Positions 10,088-18,220 of a stretch of 64,000 bases of DNA are shown here, in pieces. Source of the stretch: a bacterium (lineage in GTDB: Bacteria > Patescibacteriota > Microgenomatia > UBA1406 > GWC2-37-13); assembly GCA_027624795.1 (NCBI GenBank), contig JAQBTX010000001.1, positions 27,170 to 91,169 on the forward strand. Reading direction: 5' to 3'. The position numbers were made by a program, and so were the translations under genes. Every line of letters begins with the position of its first letter. Position 1 is the stretch's first letter. The notes under the pieces were generated by a model. It did not search any database. It saw only the letters and a list, made by a program, of their open reading frames with translations, and was not told where the DNA came from.

Positions 10088-10372
10088 TTATGTCTTTTCT
10101 GCGGTACGCTTGGTAACCTTACCATGACCTCGGAATGTTCGGGTTAGAGCAAATTCACCTAATCGATGCCCCACCATTGATTCTGATATAAATACTTCTA
10201 CATGTTTTCGACCGTTATGCACCGCAATCCTATGCCCGACAAAGTCAGGATGAATTTGAGATGCACGTGCCCATGTTTTTATCGGCATGCGATCTTTGTT
10301 ATCTTTTTGCTTCTGCACTTTAATGTGAAGCTTTTCATCTATATATGGTCCTTTTTTTGCTGATCGAGTCAT
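10088..10372 (-). CDS. rpsS: 30S ribosomal protein S19 (non-canonical position)
   Basis: [37 protein letters not shown]. Confidence 0.97.
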   Translation of the reverse strand: MTRSAKKGPYIDEKLHIKVQKQKDNKDRMPIKTWARASQIHPDFVGHRIAVHNGRKHVEVFISESMVGHRLGEFALTRTFRGHGKVTKRTAEKT

Positions 10373-10381
10373 AATATTGTG

Positions 10382-10567
10382 TTACCAGGTAATTTTTTTA
10401 ACTCCAGGGATCTGTCCTTTCAAGGCTCTTTCTCGGAAACAAAGTCTACAAAGGCCAAATCTCCGTATATATGCACGCGATCTTCCACAGAGTGGGCATC
10501 TATTTACATGTCGAACAGCAAATTTTTGCTTTTTATGAAACTTTACTATGTCAGATGTTTTTGCCAT
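10382..10567 (-). CDS. rpsN: 30S ribosomal protein S14, zinc type
   Basis: [31 protein letters not shown]. Confidence 0.97.
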   Translation of the reverse strand: MAKTSDIVKFHKKQKFAVRHVNRCPLCGRSRAYIRRFGLCRLCFRERALKGQIPGVKKITW

Positions 10568-10581
10568 ATATCATTAATTTA

Positions 10582-11136
10582 TTAAATCTTTTGCTTATCA
10601 GATGCAAATGGTATACCGAGCATTGAAAACAATTCTCTTCCGTGTTCTTTATTTTTAGAGCTTGTTACGATGGTCACTTCGAGTCCACGAATTTTGTCAA
10701 TTTTATCATATTCTATCTCAGGAAATATGGTTTGTTCAGTAAATCCAATATTTAAATTCCCATGTTGATCGACTGATGAATCTTTTATACCTCGAAAATC
10801 TCTGAGCCGAGGCAACACAACACGGATTAATTTCTCAATAAAGTAATACATTTTTTTACCTCGTAACGTAACTTTTACTCCAATAGGTAATCCTTTTCGG
10901 ATTTTATATGCAGCTATAGACTTACGCGCTTTAGTAATGACGGGCTTTTGTCCGGCAATTTGTTCAAGTTGCTTTTGCGCATGTTCTATGGCTTTTTTAT
11001 TGGTTACTGCCTCTCCCAAACCAATATTAATGACCGCTTTTTCAATACGCGGAACTGAAAAGGCGTTTTTTATACCATACTTCTTTTGAAGTTTTGGTTT
11101 AATTTCTTCTATGTATGTTGTTTTAAATGATTTCAT
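10582..11136 (-). CDS. rplE: 50S ribosomal protein L5
   Basis: VPRIEK.VINIG, GQKPVITKARKSIA, LPRLRDFRG, IFPEI; start trimmed to ATG 11136. Confidence 0.97.
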   Translation of the reverse strand: MKSFKTTYIEEIKPKLQKKYGIKNAFSVPRIEKAVINIGLGEAVTNKKAIEHAQKQLEQIAGQKPVITKARKSIAAYKIRKGLPIGVKVTLRGKKMYYFIEKLIRVVLPRLRDFRGIKDSSVDQHGNLNIGFTEQTIFPEIEYDKIDKIRGLEVTIVTSSKNKEHGRELFSMLGIPFASDKQKI

Positions 11137-11149
11137 ATTCGTAATAACG

Positions 11150-11455
11150 TTATACGTTTTTTCCGCATTTCTTACATATGCGTTTTTTAGTTCCTTTAAT
11201 AATTTCATATCCTAACCGTGATGGCTTTTTGCACTTAGGGCATTCAAACATCACTTTTGAACTCTGTATCGGTCGTGCTACTTCTACAAATCCACCGTTT
11301 GGTGACTGTTCACTCTTCTTAACATGTCGCTTATACATGTTGATATTCTCTATAACAAGCTTCTGAGATTTCGGGTACACTCGATCTACTTTACCGGTCC
11401 GCTTTTTATCTTTACCTGTAATAACGATAATGGTGTCGCCTTTTTTAATTTTCAT
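11150..11455 (-). CDS. rplX: 50S ribosomal protein L24
   Basis: KIKKGDTIIVITGKDK, KOW motif, position after rplN. Confidence 0.96.
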   Translation of the reverse strand: MKIKKGDTIIVITGKDKKRTGKVDRVYPKSQKLVIENINMYKRHVKKSEQSPNGGFVEVARPIQSSKVMFECPKCKKPSRLGYEIIKGTKKRICKKCGKNV

Positions 11456-11457
11456 AG

Positions 11458-11832
11458 TTAATATAATTCTTCTGCTAAACTTGCTATCTTGTTGTATCCG
11501 TTATCTTTTATCTCTTTACCAACTGGTCCAAAAACTCGTGTTCCTTTGGGTTCTTTACTGTCAGGTCCTTCCAACACTACACATGCATTCTCATCAAATC
11601 GAATATAACTTCCATCGTCACGTCGACGTTCTTTTTTTGTTCGTACCAATACTGCGCGTACTATTTCGCCATTTGCTATTTGAGCGTATGGAGTGGCTTG
11701 TTTTACTACACCACTAAATATTTCACCCAAATACACTATTTTTCTATTTCCATTTTTCGGGATACCTATAACCATTATTTTCTTGGCTCCTGAATTGTCG
11801 GCTGCGTTAACGATTGATCTATTTTGTAACAT
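11458..11832 (-). CDS. rplN: 50S ribosomal protein L14
   Basis: ADNSGAK, DGSYIRFDENA, PKGTRVFGPV. Confidence 0.98.
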   Translation of the reverse strand: MLQNRSIVNAADNSGAKKIMVIGIPKNGNRKIVYLGEIFSGVVKQATPYAQIANGEIVRAVLVRTKKERRRDDGSYIRFDENACVVLEGPDSKEPKGTRVFGPVGKEIKDNGYNKIASLAEELY

Positions 11833-11835
11833 GGG

Positions 11836-12072
11836 TTATTTGGTAATTTTTTCAATAATTATAAATCGTTTGGTTTTAGACAACGGTCGTGTCTCTTGCA
11901 TTGCTACTTCATCTCCAACCGCAACTCCTTCAAGTTCATTATGTGCATTAAATCGTTTACTTCTTTTGATAACTTTTTGATACAGTTTATGACGAAACTT
12001 GCGCTCAACTTCCACTACTACCGTTTTCATCATACTTGTTGATACAACTACGCCTTGAAATGTCTTTTTCAT
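11836..12072 (-). CDS. rpsQ: 30S ribosomal protein S17
   Basis: GVVVS..MMKTVVV, ETRPLSKTKRF. Confidence 0.97.
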   Translation of the reverse strand: MKKTFQGVVVSTSMMKTVVVEVERKFRHKLYQKVIKRSKRFNAHNELEGVAVGDEVAMQETRPLSKTKRFIIIEKITK

Positions 12073-12073
12073 A

Positions 12074-12280
12074 TTATTTGTTAATTCCTAACTTTTTTTG
12101 CTGCATAACGGTGAGCAACATGGCAACGGTTCTTTTTTTCTTTGCTATTGCATTACTATCTTTGTGAGGCTTTATTCCCTTCTCTAATGACAACTTCGCA
12201 ATTTCTTGCTTTAAAACGTCCAGATCTTTTTGTAATTCTCCTACTTCTTTATTGGTGTATTCTGAAATTATATTTTTCAT
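12074..12280 (-). CDS. rpmC: 50S ribosomal protein L29 (divergent)
   Basis: 68-aa helical basic protein between rplP and rpsQ. Confidence 0.85.
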   Translation of the reverse strand: MKNIISEYTNKEVGELQKDLDVLKQEIAKLSLEKGIKPHKDSNAIAKKKRTVAMLLTVMQQKKLGINK

Positions 12281-12281
12281 A

Positions 12282-12689
12282 TTATCTTTTTTGAACCATC
12301 TTTGCCTGTATGGACAACTTGGCCATTACATTTTTAAAAACTTTTTTTGATTCTCCATAATCCAAACCATCGAGTTCAAAAAGCACTCTTCCAGGTGCTA
12401 CCGATGCTACAAAATAAGCCACATCTCCCTTTCCGGCTCCCATGGTTACTTCTGGTGGTTTCTTTGTGTATGGCCGATCAGGAAAAATACGGATCCAAAA
12501 TTTTCCTTCTTTTTTAGTTGCACGAGCAAGCACTACTCTACATGCTTCGATTTGTCGGTCTTTCACCCATCCGGAATCAAGCGACTTAATACCAAAAGTT
12601 CCAAAATTTAGAGTATTCCCCTTGGTGGCAATCTTTTTCCAGATTCCTCTAAATTGTTTTCTAAATTTTTGTTTTTTTGGTGCTAACAC
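12282..12689 (-). CDS. rplP: 50S ribosomal protein L16
   Basis: RQIEACR, WIRIFPD, MGAGKG, PGRVLFEL; GTG start. Confidence 0.97.
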   Translation of the reverse strand: MLAPKKQKFRKQFRGIWKKIATKGNTLNFGTFGIKSLDSGWVKDRQIEACRVVLARATKKEGKFWIRIFPDRPYTKKPPEVTMGAGKGDVAYFVASVAPGRVLFELDGLDYGESKKVFKNVMAKLSIQAKMVQKR

Positions 12690-12706
12690 AATATTGATTC
12701 AATTTA

Positions 12707-13366
12707 TTACTCTTCTTGATCACAGATCCAAACTTTTACTCCCACATACCCTGACTTGGTGAGAGCTGGGTAAATAGCAAATCCTACTCGTTCTCGTATA
12801 GTTGAGGTGGGAATACTGCCTTGAAAATACTTCTCTCTTCGAGAAATTTCTGCTCCATTTATTCTTCCGCTTAGCTGAATTTTTACTCCCTTTGCTCCTG
12901 ACTCCATAACTCGTGTCATGGTACTGTGCACAATCATACGATGGGGAAGACCGCGAATGATCTTTTCAGCGATGGTTTGTGCTACATAATAAGCATTCAC
13001 ATAAGGCTTAAGTACAGGTTCAATTTTAAGTTCTATACGTGACTGCTTCTGTGTTTCTTTTTCATCTTTGTTTACTTTTATAAATGACGTAATTATCTTT
13101 TTTACCTCTTCAAGTCCCTTACCGCCCCGTCCGATGATCATACCTGGCTTTACTGAAAATAATGTTACGGTCAGTTTTTTAATTGCTCGTTCAATAACCA
13201 CCTCGGTTATTCCTGAATAAGAGTACTTCTTCATAAGCGCTTCACGGATACGAGTATCTTCTATCAAAGCTTGTCTATAAGCTTTTTTGTCAGAGAAATA
13301 CCATCTGGATGACCAGTTATATACTTCTCCGAGACGTAATCCATGCGGATGAACTTTTTGACCCAT
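12707..13366 (-). CDS. rpsC: 30S ribosomal protein S3
   Basis: MGQKVHP.GLRLG, KPGMIIGRGG, SGRINGAEISR, GVKVWI. Confidence 0.98.
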   Translation of the reverse strand: MGQKVHPHGLRLGEVYNWSSRWYFSDKKAYRQALIEDTRIREALMKKYSYSGITEVVIERAIKKLTVTLFSVKPGMIIGRGGKGLEEVKKIITSFIKVNKDEKETQKQSRIELKIEPVLKPYVNAYYVAQTIAEKIIRGLPHRMIVHSTMTRVMESGAKGVKIQLSGRINGAEISRREKYFQGSIPTSTIRERVGFAIYPALTKSGYVGVKVWICDQEE

Positions 13367-13369
13367 AGG

Positions 13370-13849
13370 TTATACTAAACGTTTGGTAACTTTTTTAACT
13401 TCTTTCTTTTTAGGTTCTGCTTTTTTTGGCGCTTCAATTAATTTCTTAGGAGACACTGACTTCTTATCACCCTTTTTCTGCAATGTTTCGGAATTTTGAA
13501 CTTTGGATTTTATACTTTGATCTTCTATCAAGATAATCTTAATGTGAGAAGATCTTTTTGCAAAAGGTCTTGCCATTCCGCGTGATCCTGCACGATATCG
13601 CTTTAACTTTCTTCCTTCTTCTACCGTTAAAAGTTTAAATTTTAGCACATCTGGACTCACTTTTAAAGTGCTTGTCGCATTGGCAATGGCCGAATGAATA
13701 GATGCATAAAATAATTCGGCTGACTTCATGGTCATATAGTTCAAATAATCCAACGACTCTTGTGGCTTCATACGAACAATATTATCGCGAATCATACGCA
13801 ATTTCTTGGGTGTCATCTTCACGTTTTTTAAATATGTTAGTGATTCCAT
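13370..13849 (-). CDS. rplV: 50S ribosomal protein L22 with Lys-rich C-terminal extension
   Basis: TPKKLR, SAIANA, LKRYR...RG.A....KRSSHIKI. Confidence 0.93.
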   Translation of the reverse strand: MESLTYLKNVKMTPKKLRMIRDNIVRMKPQESLDYLNYMTMKSAELFYASIHSAIANATSTLKVSPDVLKFKLLTVEEGRKLKRYRAGSRGMARPFAKRSSHIKIILIEDQSIKSKVQNSETLQKKGDKKSVSPKKLIEAPKKAEPKKKEVKKVTKRLV

Positions 13850-13850
13850 G

Positions 13851-14624
13851 TTATTTTCTTCTCTTTATAATTAATGATTTACTCCACTTTTTCTTTGATC
13901 GAGTTCGCGTTCCACGAGCTGATTTACCCCATGGTGTTTTTGGATGCATTCCTTCTCCAGATCGTCCCTCTCCTCCTCCATGTGGATGAGAGTTTGGATG
14001 CTGTGCAGTACCACGAACCGTTGGGCGTATACCCATATGTCGTTTGCGACCAGCACTACCAATTATTTTGTCTTTAAATTCAATATTTCCTATGCGACCT
14101 ATCGTGGCCCAACATTCGTTATGAAATTTTCGTATCTCACCAGAAGCCAATTTAAGGTGAACATAGAGCCCATCTTTTGCTACTACTGATGCAAAAGAAC
14201 CAGCACTTCGAACCAAGATGCCGCCTTGCCCTGCATACAATTCAATATTATGAACTTCAATGCCTACGGGAATTGCTTCAAGAGGCACCGCATTACCTGT
14301 GGTAATCTCTGCTTTTTCTGATGCAATAATAGTATCTCCTGCCTTTAAATTTACTGGTTGTATGATATAGCGCCTTTCTCCATCTTGGTATTGTACAAGT
14401 GCAATATGTGCATTTCTGTTTGGATCATATTCAATACCCAACACGGTTGCACTCATATCTCGTTTATCTCGCTTAAAATCAATTATTCGATAAAATCGCT
14501 TATGTCGGCCTCCCTGATGTCGTACTGAAACATGGCCAGTAGAATCCCGACCTGAATGTTTTTTCAAAATCTTAGTGAGACTTTTTTGAGGTCGCTTCGA
14601 TGTTGGTACGATTGATTTTGCCAT
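13851..14624 (-). CDS. rplB: 50S ribosomal protein L2 (short N-terminus)
   Basis: GGRHKRFYRIIDFKR, IEYDPNRNAHIAL, HPHGGGEG, PKTPWG. Confidence 0.98.
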   Translation of the reverse strand: MAKSIVPTSKRPQKSLTKILKKHSGRDSTGHVSVRHQGGRHKRFYRIIDFKRDKRDMSATVLGIEYDPNRNAHIALVQYQDGERRYIIQPVNLKAGDTIIASEKAEITTGNAVPLEAIPVGIEVHNIELYAGQGGILVRSAGSFASVVAKDGLYVHLKLASGEIRKFHNECWATIGRIGNIEFKDKIIGSAGRKRHMGIRPTVRGTAQHPNSHPHGGGEGRSGEGMHPKTPWGKSARGTRTRSKKKWSKSLIIKRRK

Positions 14625-14636
14625 AAAGATTAATAA

Positions 14637-14924
14637 TTACGATTGGGGAAATAAATCAATAGTTCCCTCTAATACACTTATATATGCAATTTTTATATCT
14701 GGTCGTTGTTTTGGTATTAACTTTCTCCCTACTTTTTTTGTTTTTCCTTTTCGAATAATGGTTTTAACAGAACCAATTTTTACTTTATATAATGTTTCGA
14801 GTGCCTGTGCTATCTTATCTTTATCTGATTGTGTATTCACTTCAAATGCATATACCTTCTTTTGAGAAAGCTGTGAGCTTTTTTCTGTTATGACTGGTTT
14901 GTATATGACTTCTGAAATGTTCAT
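14637..14924 (-). CDS. rplW: 50S ribosomal protein L23
   Basis: PVITEKS, YAFEV, KIAYIS; position. Confidence 0.95.
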   Translation of the reverse strand: MNISEVIYKPVITEKSSQLSQKKVYAFEVNTQSDKDKIAQALETLYKVKIGSVKTIIRKGKTKKVGRKLIPKQRPDIKIAYISVLEGTIDLFPQS

Positions 14925-15637
14925 TTCTTTTGCACAAAATGAGTAATAGCGCTTTCGAGTGCAGAATCTACAAATACAACTACATCGTGATTTAATACCG
15001 AATATGCATTTAAGGTTTTTGATTGAATTACATCTACTCGTGGTATATTTCGGGATGACAGGGCAAATACATTACCCCTTATCTCATCTGAAACAAAGAG
15101 TACTTTCTTATGATGCATATCCATGGCACTAAGAGCGCTTACAATAGCCTTTGTTTGTGGTTTAGTATTTATACCTTTCGATGAAATAACAGAAACGTTA
15201 CTCTTTGTGGCACTTTGACTTAATGAAATACCCAATGCGAGTGATTTTTGTTTTTTGTTAAGACTTAAGCTAAAATCTCGTTTTGCAGGTCCAAAGGTAA
15301 CCCCTCCACCACGCCAAATATTTGATTTACCTGATCCGTGTCGAGCACGACCAGTACCTTTTTGCTTCCATACCTTTTTAGTACTTCCGGCTACTTCTGA
15401 TCGTCCTTTAACTTGTGCGTTTCCTTGACGTTGATTGGCGTTATACACACGAACATACTGTGCAATCAGTAAATCGTTAGGAGCCACTCCAAATAATTCT
15501 TGAGGTAATGGTACAGAGCCGGTAACCTTTCCGGTAATATCATATACCTGAGCTTCGAGTTTTATTACTTTTTTTGGGGTCGTTACTGCTTGCACCTTTA
15601 TAGTGGGGGTTTTTTTAATAGGTGTTTCTTTTTCCAT
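14921..15637 (-). CDS. rplD: 50S ribosomal protein L4
   Basis: RSEVAGS.KKVWKQKGTGRARHGS, WRGGG.TFGP. Confidence 0.97.
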   Translation of the reverse strand: MEKETPIKKTPTIKVQAVTTPKKVIKLEAQVYDITGKVTGSVPLPQELFGVAPNDLLIAQYVRVYNANQRQGNAQVKGRSEVAGSTKKVWKQKGTGRARHGSGKSNIWRGGGVTFGPAKRDFSLSLNKKQKSLALGISLSQSATKSNVSVISSKGINTKPQTKAIVSALSAMDMHHKKVLFVSDEIRGNVFALSSRNIPRVDVIQSKTLNAYSVLNHDVVVFVDSALESAITHFVQKK

Positions 15638-15639
15638 GA

Positions 15640-16308
15640 TTATGCTTTAACTTCTACGAGCCCTCCGATGTGTCCGGGAATAAGTCCCGTAACTTTGATG
15701 GATGTCTCATCTGCAGCAAATACTTTCAGATTTTGTACGGTTACACGATCTGATCCCATTCGGCCTGCCATGCGTTTACCCTTAAATACTCTTCCTGGAG
15801 TGGTGGTTGCACCAATAGATCCAGCAGTGCGTTGTGCGGGATGACCATGACTTGATGGACTCCCACCAAATCCATGTCGCTTGACAACTCCAGCAAATCC
15901 TTTACCTTTTGAGATGCCCGTTACTTGAATAGTGGTGCCGATTCCAAATACTTCTGATGGTTTAATTTCGTCACCGACGAATAATTTTTTTTCCGAAAAT
16001 TGAAATCCACGTTTTCCTTCTTCTTCAATTAAAGTAGATTCAACATCTTTTTGTTCTATGCGAAGTTCCCGTAAAAAACGAAGCGGGGTTTTTATACCCG
16101 CTTTATCCAGAAGTCCTTTTGTTGGTTTTGGCATATGTTTTGTAGTGCCATAACCAATAATAATTGCTGTGTACCCGTCAGTCTCTTTTTGTTTAATCCC
16201 AACTACATAGCAAGGAGTAGTTTTGATCATGGTAACCGGTACCCTCTTGCCATCTGGGGTGAATTCTTGTGTTGCTTGTGTCTTGGTACCAAGTATAAAA
16301 CCGTTCAT
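15640..16308 (-). CDS. rplC: 50S ribosomal protein L3
   Basis: DGYTAI, SKGKGFAGVVKRHGF, PGRVFKGKRMAGRMG. Confidence 0.98.
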   Translation of the reverse strand: MNGFILGTKTQATQEFTPDGKRVPVTMIKTTPCYVVGIKQKETDGYTAIIIGYGTTKHMPKPTKGLLDKAGIKTPLRFLRELRIEQKDVESTLIEEEGKRGFQFSEKKLFVGDEIKPSEVFGIGTTIQVTGISKGKGFAGVVKRHGFGGSPSSHGHPAQRTAGSIGATTTPGRVFKGKRMAGRMGSDRVTVQNLKVFAADETSIKVTGLIPGHIGGLVEVKA

Positions 16309-16336
16309 ATTGTTTATTAAAAAATAAGATTGCTAT

Positions 16337-16436
16337 AAAAAAAAAGAGCCCCAGATTGGGCCCACTATAACAGAGGTTCAATCTGGTTAAATTAGAAACA
16401 GTTTCCTGTTCTTACTAACCATTCATTAATTTACGA
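16337..16436 (-). promoter_or_regulatory. Candidate structured leader/attenuator upstream of rplC
   Basis: Minus strand: GAAA-tetraloop hairpin GAACAG-GAAA-CTGTTT closed by GGTTA/TAACC; CCAGATTG/CAATCTGG stem overlapping a GGGCCC-N6-GGGCTC-U9 terminator. Confidence 0.65.
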
Positions 16437-16442
16437 AGCTCA

Positions 16443-16471
16443 ATTATATACCATTGTGCCTCAGAGTTCAA
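16443..16471 (-). promoter_or_regulatory. Sigma70-type promoter between rpsJ and rplC
   Basis: TTGAAC-N17-TATAAT on minus strand. Confidence 0.65.
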
Positions 16472-16473
16472 CT

Positions 16474-16782
16474 TTACATTTTTACCTCAACCTCTACGCC
16501 AGCTGCAAGTTCCAAATGCATCAAAGAATCAATAGTCTGATTTGTTGGGTTTATTATATCCAAGAGTCTCTTGTGAATAATAAGTCCAAAATGTTCTCGT
16601 GCATCTTTATCGGTAAACGGTGATTTGTTTACTACATATACTTCTTTTCTGGTAGGGAGCGGTATGGGGCCTATTATAGAGGCTCCTGTTTTTATTGCTG
16701 CGTCTACCAGCTTCTGACATGTCTCATCAATAAGACGATGATCATAAGCTTTCATCCGTATTCGTATTCTTCCTTTTGGCAT
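16474..16782 (-). CDS. rpsJ: 30S ribosomal protein S10
   Basis: RIRIRMKAYDHRLID, GPIPLPT, HKRLLDI. Confidence 0.98.
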   Translation of the reverse strand: MPKGRIRIRMKAYDHRLIDETCQKLVDAAIKTGASIIGPIPLPTRKEVYVVNKSPFTDKDAREHFGLIIHKRLLDIINPTNQTIDSLMHLELAAGVEVEVKM

Positions 16783-16797
16783 AGATGTTAATGTGCA

Positions 16798-16823
16798 GTA
16801 AAGGCGGGTTTCCCCGCCCTTAC
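16798..16823 (-). terminator. GC-rich hairpin after tuf (weak terminator or mRNA-stabilising stem)
   Basis: GTAAGGGCGGG-GAAA-CCCGCCTTTAC, 11-bp stem with GAAA loop, only a short U run. Confidence 0.55.
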
Positions 16824-16833
16824 CAAATGATTG

Positions 16834-18018
16834 TTATTTAATAACTTTAGTTACTACTCCTGCTCCTACCGTGTGTCCGCCTTCGCGAATAGCAAATTTT
16901 AGACCTTCTTCAATAGCAATAGGAGATATAAGCTTAGCTTCAATCTTTACGTTGTCGCCAGGCATGACCATTTCTACTCCCTCAGGAAGCTTAACCTCAC
17001 CAGTTACATCGGTTGTACGAATGTAAAACTGTGGGCGATATCCTTTAAGGAATGGTGTGTGTCGTCCGCCTTCTTCTTTCTTCAAAACGTAAATTTCTGC
17101 TTCAAATTCAGTGTGAGGAGTGACTGATCCTGGTTTTACTATGACCTGTCCTCGCTCTACATCTTCTTTTTCTACTCCGCGAAGAAGCAATCCAGTGTTG
17201 TCTCCTGCTCGTGCTTCATCGAGAGTTTTGCGGAACATTTCGATTCCAGTAACAATGGTCTTTTTGGTATCTTTAAGTCCGACAATTTCAATTTCGTCGT
17301 TTACTTTCAATATACCTCGCTCTACACGACCAGTTACCACAGTTCCACGACCTTGAATGGTAAATACGTCTTCAACAGGCATAAGGAACGGTTTTTCAAT
17401 TTCACGAACTGGTTCTGGCATGTATTCGTCTACTTTATTCATAAGCTCTTCAATAGCTTTCATGGCATCAGGATCATCCTGAGTAGCTTTAAGTGAAGAT
17501 CCACGAACGACTGGTACATCATCACCTGGGTAATCATATTTCTTAAGAAGATCACGTACTTCCATTTCTACCAAGTCAATAATCTCTGGATCATCAACCA
17601 TGTCGATCTTATTGAGGTAGACAACAATTGCAGGTACGTTGACCTGTTTTGCCAAAAGAATATGTTCTCGAGTTTGTGGCATAGGACCATCTGGAGCAGA
17701 TACAACAAGTATTGCGCCGTCCATCTGGGCTGCACCAGTGATCATATTTTTGATATAGTCAGCGTGACCTGGAGCATCAATGTGTGCATAGTGACGCTTC
17801 ACGGTCTCATATTCAGTGTGAGATAAGTTAATAGTAACTCCACGAGCTTTTTCTTCGGGAGCCTTATCGATATCTTCATATTTCATGTCTTTAGCAAGCC
17901 CTTTTTTAGAAAGCACATGATGAATTGCTGATGTTGTGGTAGTTTTTCCATGATCAACGTGACCAATGGTACCGATGTTCAAATGGGGTTTGTTCCGTAC
18001 AAATTTGTCCTGGGCCAT
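16834..18018 (-). CDS. tuf: Elongation factor Tu
   Basis: [41 protein letters not shown]; start trimmed to MAQDKF (394 aa). Confidence 0.99.
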   Translation of the reverse strand: MAQDKFVRNKPHLNIGTIGHVDHGKTTTTSAIHHVLSKKGLAKDMKYEDIDKAPEEKARGVTINLSHTEYETVKRHYAHIDAPGHADYIKNMITGAAQMDGAILVVSAPDGPMPQTREHILLAKQVNVPAIVVYLNKIDMVDDPEIIDLVEMEVRDLLKKYDYPGDDVPVVRGSSLKATQDDPDAMKAIEELMNKVDEYMPEPVREIEKPFLMPVEDVFTIQGRGTVVTGRVERGILKVNDEIEIVGLKDTKKTIVTGIEMFRKTLDEARAGDNTGLLLRGVEKEDVERGQVIVKPGSVTPHTEFEAEIYVLKKEEGGRHTPFLKGYRPQFYIRTTDVTGEVKLPEGVEMVMPGDNVKIEAKLISPIAIEEGLKFAIREGGHTVGAGVVTKVIK

Positions 18019-18220
18019 AGTAATAAAAGTAAATAATAATGATGGTTTCGCGACTCCTACTTTCTGGTCAACCATCAGTCGAAGAATGCTGCTGATATCG
18101 AATGAGCAAAATCCTTCTTCTGAATGACCGTCACATTTAAGTCACTACACCTAGCAAAAAGCTATTATATATAATACCACAAAAAATGCAAGGGTGAAAG
18201 CATGCTACAATAGAGTGGCT

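Noticed and set aside
18036..18080. Hammerhead-like words CTGATGG...CGAAAC in the tuf leader (minus strand)
   Set aside because: The core would need CUGANGA, and these bases pair with each other in a simple 8-bp stem
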